A DNA stretch of 8,177 bases from Candidatus Krumholzibacteriota bacterium (lineage in GTDB: Bacteria; Krumholzibacteriota; Krumholzibacteriia; LZORAL124-64-63). The notes under the pieces are model-generated. The model saw nothing but the letters and a program-made list of their open reading frames with translations. It was not told the DNA's origin and did not search any database. The stretch is from contig JBDLKA010000133.1 in assembly GCA_039714075.1 (NCBI GenBank), positions 1 to 8,177 on the forward strand, in the 5' to 3' direction. Position numbers and translations under genes: made by a program. Shown here in pieces: positions 1 through 6,378 of the stretch (its first letter is position 1; each line of letters starts with the position of its first letter).

Positions 1-670
1 CACGACCCCCGAGGTCGTCAACGTGACGATCGACACCGCGGGCCAGGCTGCTATTGCCGACTTCGGTTGGATGGAAGAGGGCGGCGGCGAACTGGCCTCC
101 ATCAGCGGTGTCGTGTTCGACGACACCAACGGCGACGGTGTCCAGGACGAAGGCGAACTGGGCCTTTCCGGTATGCGGGTCGGCCTGCAGGGGGCCGCAA
201 TCCTCGAGGTGACCACCGATGCCGACGGCGCCTACGCGTTTGCGGACCTGGGCATGGGTGAGTATACCGTCAAGAGCTTTGGACCTCCCGGTTGGGTTGC
301 CACGACCCCCGAGGTCGTCAACGTGACGATCGACACCGCGGGCCAGGCTGCTATTGCCGACTTCGGTTGGATGGAAGAGGGCGGCGGCGAACTGGCCTCG
401 ATCGGCGGTGTCGTATTCGAGGACGTGAATAACAACGGTGTCCAGGACGAAGGTGAACTCGGTTTGGCTGGTCTCAGGGTCGGTCTCCAGGGCGCCGCGA
501 CCGCGGAAGCCACCACCGACGCGGACGGTGCCTATGCATTTGCCGACCTGGGCATGGGTGAGTACACCGTCAAGAGCTTTGGCCCCAACGCCTACATGGC
601 TACCACCCCGGAGGTCGTCAACGTGACGATCGATACCGCCGGCCAGGCCGAGACCGTGGACTTCGGCTGG
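1..670 (+). repeat. Intragenic tandem repeat, 300-bp (100-codon) period
   Basis: 1-99 is identical to 301-399. 100-300 vs 400-600 differs at about 49 of 201 positions by hand count. 601-670 is a further diverged copy of 1-70. Confidence 0.95.
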
Positions 671-697
671 CAGGCCTATACCGGGAATCATCCTTGA
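2..697 (+). CDS. SdrD B-like (Cna-B/SpaA-like) repeat-containing surface/secreted protein, 5'-partial C-terminal fragment
   Basis: The frame is open from position 2 (TTPEVVNVTI...), so the GTG at 23 is not the true start. It has tandem ~100-aa units with the SdrD-B signature ISGVVFDDTNGDGVQDEGELGLSG...TTDADGAYAF...GEYTV...DFG. Stop TGA at 695-697. Confidence 0.85.
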   Translation, partial: TTPEVVNVTIDTAGQAAIADFGWMEEGGGELASISGVVFDDTNGDGVQDEGELGLSGMRVGLQGAAILEVTTDADGAYAFADLGMGEYTVKSFGPPGWVATTPEVVNVTIDTAGQAAIADFGWMEEGGGELASIGGVVFEDVNNNGVQDEGELGLAGLRVGLQGAATAEATTDADGAYAFADLGMGEYTVKSFGPNAYMATTPEVVNVTIDTAGQAETVDFGWQAYTGNHP

Positions 698-755
698 CCC
701 TGGGTCCCTCTCTGCCGCGTACGCAGTCAGGGATGGATAATTCGTGATGAAAGCA

Positions 756-785
756 CCAAGCCCGGACCATCTGGTCCGGGCTTGG
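756..785. terminator. Perfect inverted repeat, probable terminator or transcript-stabilising hairpin after the SdrD-repeat gene
   Basis: ccaagcccggacca (756-769), tc, tggtccgggcttgg (772-785): 14-bp perfect arms about 60 nt after the stop. There is no clear U-tract. Confidence 0.55.
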
Positions 786-826
786 CTCATGCTGGGCAGC
801 CGCACGTTAAGTCAGCGGAATATTGA

Positions 827-854
827 GTGACAATTGGGTTGATGTTGCTATGGT
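827..854 (+). promoter_or_regulatory. Possible sigma70-type promoter for the beta-barrel gene
   Basis: gtgaca (827-832), 16-nt spacer, extended -10 TG-c-TATGGT (846-854). Motif match by eye only. Confidence 0.3.
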
Positions 855-900
855 CAAAGGGGGCTTGGAGTAACTGAGGTCGGTTTTCAGGGAGGAAATG

Positions 901-1491
901 ATGAAATCTTTTGCACGAAGTCGAATTTACGGAATCTCAATCGGTCTCTGCGCTGTTTTTCTGGTTTCCCTACTTCCGGCGGGTGTGGCTTTTGCCCAGA
1001 CCGTGGAACCCGCCAGTGCCCCGGCGGCGCCCCAAGGCCCGGACCGTAGCGGGTTCTCACTGCTGCTGACCTTGGGTCTCGGGCTGCAGAAAGTAGCCTC
1101 CAGCGATATGGAAACGGGTCTGGGGGGATTGAACCTGGGGATCGGTGGGTTCGTCTCTCCCGATCTTGCGGTCATGTTCAGGTTTTCCGGCACCAGCGTC
1201 ACGTATGATGAGTGGTATGGGAACATTGATTTCACATCAGGTGTGGGGGGACCCTGCGTGCAATACTGGGTCGACGATTCCATCAACCTGGAGGGTGGTC
1301 TGGGGCTCGGGTTTGCCGATAACGGTGAAGGGTGGGATGACCAGGGATTCGGTGTGATCCTCGGGTTTGGGTATTCCTTTTACCACAAGAAAAAAACCAG
1401 CTTCCAGATGGGTGTCGAGCTGGCTCCGGCGTTCATTGACGGGGAAACCATCCACAATATAAGTATCGCGTTCGGCTGGCAGCTTCTCTAG
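901..1491 (+). CDS. Small outer-membrane beta-barrel protein (OmpA-like/outer membrane protein beta-barrel superfamily)
   Basis: GGAGG RBS at 891-895 favours the ATG at 901 (alternative ATG 898). It has a Sec signal peptide (MKSFARSRIYGISIGLCAVFLVSLLPAGVAFA/Q) and a Pro/Ala linker. Gly/aromatic-rich alternating beta strands follow (LTLGLGLQ, GLNLGIGGF, LEGGLGLGF, VILGFGYSF), ending in ISIAFGWQLL. Confidence 0.75.
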   Translation: MKSFARSRIYGISIGLCAVFLVSLLPAGVAFAQTVEPASAPAAPQGPDRSGFSLLLTLGLGLQKVASSDMETGLGGLNLGIGGFVSPDLAVMFRFSGTSVTYDEWYGNIDFTSGVGGPCVQYWVDDSINLEGGLGLGFADNGEGWDDQGFGVILGFGYSFYHKKKTSFQMGVELAPAFIDGETIHNISIAFGWQLL

Positions 1492-1502
1492 GTACTTGCG
1501 TG

Positions 1503-1614
1503 GTTCGCCGGCCTTCATTGGCCTGACAAACAAGGGAACCGGGATGTCCTCAGGCCTTCGGCCCTGCGGATTACCCGGTTCCCTTGTTTGTCAGACCAAT
1601 GAAGGCCGGTGAAC
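1503..1614. repeat. Long inverted repeat (41-bp arms) filling the gap between convergent genes; bidirectional terminator or MITE/REP-like element
   Basis: Left arm 1503-1543 gttcgccggccttcattggcctgacaaacaagggaaccggg matches the reverse complement of 1574-1614 at 39 of 41 positions. The 30-nt spacer is itself partly self-complementary (tcc-t-cagg...cttcgg...cctg-c-gga). Confidence 0.9.
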
Positions 1615-3050
1615 TACTCCACCTGCATTACCAGGTAGCGCTGCATGCCACCACGCTCGATGTGGAACACCGCAGGGGCGCCGAACGCCAGCTCCTTGAC
1701 CTGGCTCTTCAGGCTCCGCAGCCCTTTGACCGGCTGTCCGTTCAGGGTGTAAATCACGTCGCCGGGCTGGAAATGATCGCCCAGCAGGTTGACGTCCGCG
1801 GCCAGGGAAGCCACGACCACACCTTCGCGCCGCCGCGTCTGGAAGGGCAGCATCCGGGACGAATCCTTGTCCAGGTCGATGGCCAGGACGCCGATCTTTT
1901 TGACCAGGTTCTTCTCGGCGGTGATCATCTCGTAGAAACGGTAGTCGGGATCGACCCTCTCGATGACCTCGACTTCCTTGGAGAATTTCTTGCCGCCGCG
2001 CATCACTTCCAGCGCCACCTTGCCGCCGATCTGCTTGTTGTAGAGGTTCACCTCGAACTGCCGTGAGTTCTCCATGGGCTTGCCGTCCAGGGTGAGGATG
2101 ATGTCGCCCACCTGCAGGCCGGCCGCGTCGGCGGGGCCCTGGGGATAGACGTCGCCCAGGATGACGCCCCACTGGGTCTCCAGTTCCAGGGGCCCGGCGA
2201 TCCAGGGGTTCAGCGTCTGGGCGTTGACCCCGATGATGCCGCGCTTGACCCGGCCGGTGGCGCGGATCTGGTTGAAAACGTTTTTGGCGATGTTGCTCGG
2301 GGAACTGAAGCTCAGGCCCTCGCTGCCGCCGCTCTGGGTGAAGATCAGGGTGTTGATGCCGATAACCTCGCCGCGGGCGTTGACCAGGGGGCCGCCGCTG
2401 TTGCCGGGATTGACGGCCACGTCGCTCTGGATGTAGATCATCGGGGTGTCGCGCTCGAGCTGGCGGGCCACCGTGCTGATCACGCCGAAGCTGACCGAGT
2501 TGTTCAGGCCCATCGGGCTGCCGAAGGCGAACACCAGCTGGCCCTGGAAGATCTCGTCCGAATCGCCGAGTTTCAGGAAGGGCAGGTCGGTCCTGTTGAT
2601 CTTCAGGACGGCCAGGTCGGTTTCCTTGTCCACGCCGATGATCTGGGCGCCCACGAGGTCGCCGCCCGTTTCCAGGATCGACGAACCCGCGTCCCTGCCC
2701 AGGGCGTGGGGCGACAGCCGCACCTGCACCCGCTTGGCGCCTTCGACCACGTGGTTGTTGGTCAGGATGTATCCCTTGGGGTCCAGAATGATGCCCGAGC
2801 CGGTCGCCTGCTGCTTGCCGAACAGGGTGGCGCCCTGGGGCGACGAACCCGTCAGGGAACCGAAGGAGGAGGTGTAGATCTGCACCACCGCGGGGCTGAC
2901 CGTCCGGGTCAGTTCACGGATCTCGTCGCTGAGCGAGGTGATGCTCCATTCCTGGTCGGCCTGGGCGGAGGCCGGAACGGCGCCGAGGCCGGCCGCCAGG
3001 CAAAGGACCAGTCCGGTCAGGAAAGTACGGTTGAAAATGGTCGAGAACAC
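1614..3050 (-). CDS. htrA: HtrA/DegP/DegQ-family periplasmic trypsin-like serine protease with two PDZ domains
   Basis: Catalytic triad motifs TNNHVV (His), ETDLAVLK (Asp) and NPGNSGGPL (Ser), plus GSGII and GSPMGL, followed by two PDZ-like domains (GLQVGDIIL; FQPGDVIYTLNG). The likely start is GTG at 3050, 5 nt after GGAGG (3060-3056). This gives a signal peptide ending VPASA/Q and 478 aa, rather than the 517 aa of the ORF track. Confidence 0.93.
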   Translation of the reverse strand: MFSTIFNRTFLTGLVLCLAAGLGAVPASAQADQEWSITSLSDEIRELTRTVSPAVVQIYTSSFGSLTGSSPQGATLFGKQQATGSGIILDPKGYILTNNHVVEGAKRVQVRLSPHALGRDAGSSILETGGDLVGAQIIGVDKETDLAVLKINRTDLPFLKLGDSDEIFQGQLVFAFGSPMGLNNSVSFGVISTVARQLERDTPMIYIQSDVAVNPGNSGGPLVNARGEVIGINTLIFTQSGGSEGLSFSSPSNIAKNVFNQIRATGRVKRGIIGVNAQTLNPWIAGPLELETQWGVILGDVYPQGPADAAGLQVGDIILTLDGKPMENSRQFEVNLYNKQIGGKVALEVMRGGKKFSKEVEVIERVDPDYRFYEMITAEKNLVKKIGVLAIDLDKDSSRMLPFQTRRREGVVVASLAADVNLLGDHFQPGDVIYTLNGQPVKGLRSLKSQVKELAFGAPAVFHIERGGMQRYLVMQVE

Positions 3051-3122
3051 GTTGACCTCCATGCGGGCCGGGCCCGGTTGGGATAGGGATTCCTTTTGTC
3101 GGGATTCCATTATTGCGAGCAT

Positions 3123-3151
3123 ATGGTAATGGGAAAGAAGGGTCCGGTCAA
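3123..3151 (-). promoter_or_regulatory. Possible sigma70-type promoter for the HtrA gene
   Basis: Minus strand TTGACC (3151-3146), 17 nt, TACCAT (3128-3123). It lies just downstream of the upstream gene's terminator. Confidence 0.4.
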
Positions 3152-3180
3152 CGCGTCCGGGTCCCATAGGCGGTTACGAC

Positions 3181-3211
3181 AAAAAAAGGCCCCGGAAAAA
3201 ATCCCGGGGCC
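3181..3211 (-). terminator. Rho-independent terminator of the FG-GAP/selenoprotein gene
   Basis: Minus strand GGCCCCGG-gatttttt-CCGGGGCC followed by TTTTTTT (A-tract 3181-3187 on +), about 25 nt after the stop at 3236. Confidence 0.9.
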
Positions 3212-3235
3212 GGTGAAGGTCGAACGGATCAAACC

Positions 3236-5848
3236 CTATTTCACGAGAACCATCCTGCCGGCTTCGCTGAAGCCGCCCGCGGTGGTCAGCCGGTAGAAAT
3301 AGGCGCCCGAGGCCACTCCGTGTCCCAGGTGGTCGGTGCCGTCCCAGGTGGCGGTGTGGGGTCCGGCGCCCAGGCCCCGGTCGACCAGGGTGCGCACGTG
3401 ACGGCCGTCGATGGTGAACACGTCCAGTCGGGCATGGCCGGCCCCGGCCAACGCGAACTCGATGGTGGTCGAGGGATTGAACGGGTTGGGGTGCGCCTGG
3501 CCCAGGGACGTGGTCCGGGCCGGGACCGCGTCGGGCACGGGGCTGACGGGTTGGCCCTGCACGATGGCCAGGGTCTGGTTCGTGAAGGTCGGTCCGGTCA
3601 GTTGGTGGGTGCCGTCGGGCCAGAAGATCTCGATCTGGTCCACGGTGGTCGAGGCGCCCAACCCGAAGTGAACATCCATGGCGTTGTTGCACAAATAGCC
3701 GGACCCCGAGGTGACCATCCGGGACTGCGAAACGCCGCCGGCGGTCAACACCACCCGGGTCCCGATGGCGCAGGTGTTGTTGCCCGGGGCGGTCAGGTGC
3801 AGTTTGATCCAGCGGTTGTCGTCGCCCAGCTTGTTGGTGAACAGGACGTTGGTCGCGCCTTCCCGCGAAATGAACAGGTCCAGGTCGCCGTCGTCGTCGA
3901 TGTCGCCGCAGGCCACCGCGTTGCCGGGGCCGTCGGCTTCGGCCGGTCCCACGGGAACGCGAAAGAAGTTGCCCGCGCCGTCACCCATGAGCATCAGGTC
4001 GGGCTGGTTGTTCCGGACGATGTACAGATCCAGGAAGGTGTCGTTGTCGAAATCGATCCAGGTGACCCCGCGTCCGTCGCCCCGGTCACCCAGGTTGGGG
4101 CCGATGATCTGGGTATAGCTGAGACTGGCGGCGCACCGGTACAGAAGATCGGCCATGCCTTCGTTGACCACGTAGAGATCGAAATCCCCGTCGTTGTCGT
4201 AGTCGCCCCAGGCGGAGCCCATGGCCTTGCCCAGGTGTTCACCGATTCCGCAGGAGTTGGTGATGTCCGAGAACCCGATGGTCGTGTTCTCCAGCATGCG
4301 GTTGGCGCTGAACTGGTTGGCGATGAACAGATCGGGGCGGCCGTCCAGGTTGCCGTCACCCCAGGCGGCGGCGCTGCCTTCGCCAAGGTCGGCGGCGTTG
4401 CCGGCCACGGCCGAGAAATAATAGGTTCCACCAACAACGGCAATGCCTTTCAACAGTTCGTTGGCTTCCCCCTTGTTGACGACGTAGAGATCCAGAATCC
4501 CGTCCAGATCGAAATCGATCCAGCTGGTACTGGAACCGCTGGCCACGTTGTCCATGCCGAAGGTGGACATGGCGGTGAATCCGCCGCTGCCGTCACCGGT
4601 CATCAGGATGTTCGTGTCGCCGTTGCGGGACAGCATGACGTCCAGGTTGCCGTCGCCGTCGATGTCCGCCCAGGCGGATCCGCGGCTGGGGCCGGCTTCG
4701 GCAATCGCACCGGAGGCGATGTCCGTGAATCCGGAGACGCCGTCGTTGCGCAGGACCTGATCGGCCGTGCCCTCGTTGACGACGTGAATATCCAGATCAC
4801 CGTCGTTGTCGACATCGACCATGCTGACCGCCTGGCCGGAATCGGCGTTGCCGATCGGACCGGCGGTCGAAAGATCGAAGGGACCTCCCGTATACGAACC
4901 GAGGAAGGTGATGACGCCGCCCTGGGCGACGGTCTGGGTCTCGGGATTGTTGGCGGGGGTGACCCAGTAGGGGACATCATCCCAGGTGATGGTGTAGGTG
5001 CCGGCGTCCCAGAGGTTCAGGGTCCGGTCGCCGTTGTGGGAAATATCCAGTCCCGGGCCGACCAGGGTCCAGGGCGCCTCGACGCCGTCGGGATCCGCAT
5101 CGACGATCACCTGGGCCGCGTAATCGGCCACCGCCAGGGTGGCCTGGAGGATTTCCTTGGTGGTCATGTCCTGGACCACGATGATGAGCCGCAAGTCGGG
5201 CTCGTTCCAGCTGGGGTCCATGGTGAAGGACCGGTCGATGGTGACGGTCTGGCCAGGTGTTGTCAGGGCGAACGGTTCATTGGCGAGCATGTCCACGACC
5301 ATGTTGGACTGCTCGTGCAGTCCTTCCTGGCAGACGAAGAACTTGACCTCGTTGTTGGAACCGCCGACGGCCAGGTCGACGTCGATCTGCAGGGACAATT
5401 CGATGTCGGTGCCGCCCACCAGCACGTAGCTGGCGGCCATGACCAGGGGGCTGGGCGTGCCGAGTTGGCTGATCACCGACGGGTTGTAATAGTAGAACAT
5501 GGAACCGCTGCCCAGGCCCCCGACATGGCTGTCGGTGCCGCCGACCCATACGGTTGGCGTACCGGTTACTCCGTACCAGTTGGCACGGGCCCTGCCCTCG
5601 GGGATTTCATATGGCGCCCCGAAGTAAAAGGTCATCCCCAGGAATTCACTGGTGCTGTAGACGGTTTCCAGGTCATCGATTCCGCGCACGGCGGAGGGAC
5701 AGTAGGGTCAGCCGTCCGCGGACCAGAGCTCACCGACGACGGTGCGGTCCGCTGCATAGACGAATCCGGATGCGCCGAGCAGGCCGGCGGCCAGGGCAAA
5801 AAGCAGGAGGCCTGTGAGCTTGGAAGAAAGCCGGTGGGCGGTCAGCAT
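3236..5848 (-). CDS. Predicted secreted selenoprotein: signal peptide, Omp28/thioredoxin-like domain with UxxC (Sec47), small beta-sandwich, 7 FG-GAP/VCBS repeats, ASPIC/UnbV domain and FlgD-Ig/T9SS-type-A-like C-terminal domain (870 aa with UGA read as Sec)
   Basis: AAGGAG RBS (5862-5857) and ATG at 5848 give MLTAHRLSSKLTGLLLFALAAGLLGASGFVYA/ADRTVVGELWSADG. An in-frame TGA (5710-5708) follows, then PYCPSAV, continuing into ORF 3236-5689. The Trx cis-Pro-type motif is YGVTGTPTVWVGG. There are seven DxDxDGxxD-like loops (DVDNDGDLD, DIDGDGNLD, DFDLDGILD, DGNLDGRPD, DYDNDGDFD, DFDNDTFLD, DIDDDGDLD). The ASPIC motif is AIGTRV...SGSGYL...VHFGLG and the C-terminus reads HPNPFNPSTTIEF...WDGTD...VASGAYFYRL...MVLVK. 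Confidence 0.85.
5681..5695 (-). promoter_or_regulatory. Candidate bacterial SECIS hairpin
   Basis: The mRNA reads UGA-cccuacuguccc-UCCGC-cgugc-GCGGA. This is a 5-bp stem starting 13 nt after UGA, with a 5-nt apical loop that has G at its second position and starts 17 nt after UGA. The geometry fits the general bacterial SECIS model, but short GC stems also arise by chance. Confidence 0.5.
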
Positions 5849-5966
5849 GGGTGGTGCTCCTTGCGGCAGTGTTTAGAGGATGCGAAATCTTATGAATATA
5901 ATACTACATTTTCACTGTGGAATCAGGGGAAAATACCAGAGTGTTCTCAGGGGACCTGAGGGCCCT

Positions 5967-6245
5967 TTATTGGACGGGAAGGACCAGCCCTGCCTCCATC
6001 AGCTGGGTTATGAACATCTGAAGATCCTCCGCCGCGGTGGGGGCCGCGACCTCATATTCATTCAATATATCGTCCAGGATTTCATCCAGGGCCTTGCGGC
6101 CGTCGATCCGGTTCCAGATGAAAGCCCCGATATCCTCGATGGAGTGGGTTTCGTTCCCTTCGGAGCTGACGATGACCAGGCCGCTGCCGATGGTGCGAAC
6201 CGGGCATTCCTCGTTGTGGGTCAGGATCGTCTTCATGTCCATCAT
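5967..6245 (-). CDS. PqqD-family protein (stand-alone RiPP recognition element-like domain)
   Basis: 92 aa with a typical PqqD pattern: three short strands (VRTIGSGLVIV...THSI), then GAFIWNRIDGRKALDEILDDILNEYEV...AAEDLQMFITQLMEAGLV. AGGAGGG RBS at 6261-6255. Confidence 0.88.
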   Translation of the reverse strand: MMDMKTILTHNEECPVRTIGSGLVIVSSEGNETHSIEDIGAFIWNRIDGRKALDEILDDILNEYEVAAPTAAEDLQMFITQLMEAGLVLPVQ

Positions 6246-6378
6246 GGCCGGATTCCCTCCTGAAATTGGCCGCGTCTGGTTTCAGAGATCAGAATCGGAC
6301 AAATCATCCATCCGCTTGAGATTTTTTGTCGGAGGGTTGTTTTGGCGCCGGGTTTGGTCGAGCCGGGTATTTGTCCAT

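Noticed and set aside
1..670. Repeat array as CRISPR or diversity-generating retroelement TR/VR
   Set aside because: The 300-bp unit is in frame and protein-coding with no spacers. The differences are not adenine-specific, and no reverse transcriptase or cas gene is present.
1237..2066. Two ORFs starting with the same MFVRPMKAGE (1237-1533 minus, 1584-2066 plus)
   Set aside because: This is a by-product of the 1503-1614 inverted repeat. Both are antisense to real genes.
3051..3167. 39-codon N-terminal extension of HtrA in the ORF track
   Set aside because: It overlaps the candidate promoter and buries the signal peptide. GTG 3050 has a well-spaced GGAGG.
5687..5689. GTG start of the 817-aa ORF as given in the ORF track
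   Set aside because: It has no RBS, gives no signal peptide for a clearly exported protein, and lies just after the xxC motif. The ATG at 5848 with UGA recoding explains the sequence better.
5708..5710. UGA as Trp or Gly under an alternative genetic code
   Set aside because: TGA serves as an apparent stop at 695-697, Trp is encoded by TGG in these genes, and no other in-frame TGA interrupts the long high-GC genes.
1591..5817. Other short overlapping ORFs in alternative frames
   Set aside because: They are Arg/Pro/Gly/Ser-rich off-frame translations typical of GC-rich DNA and lie within well-supported genes.
3320..5959. 879-aa + strand ORF
   Set aside because: It is the antisense shadow of the FG-GAP/selenoprotein gene. 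It has no recognisable motifs, and such open antisense frames are common with high-GC codon bias.
5946..5960. Small hairpin ctcagg-gga-cctgag after the pqqD stop
   Set aside because: It has only 6 bp and no U-tract on the minus strand, which is too weak to call a terminator.
5967..6245. PQQ biosynthesis operon
   Set aside because: There is no pqqA, B, C or E in the window. Only the PqqD fold is supported.
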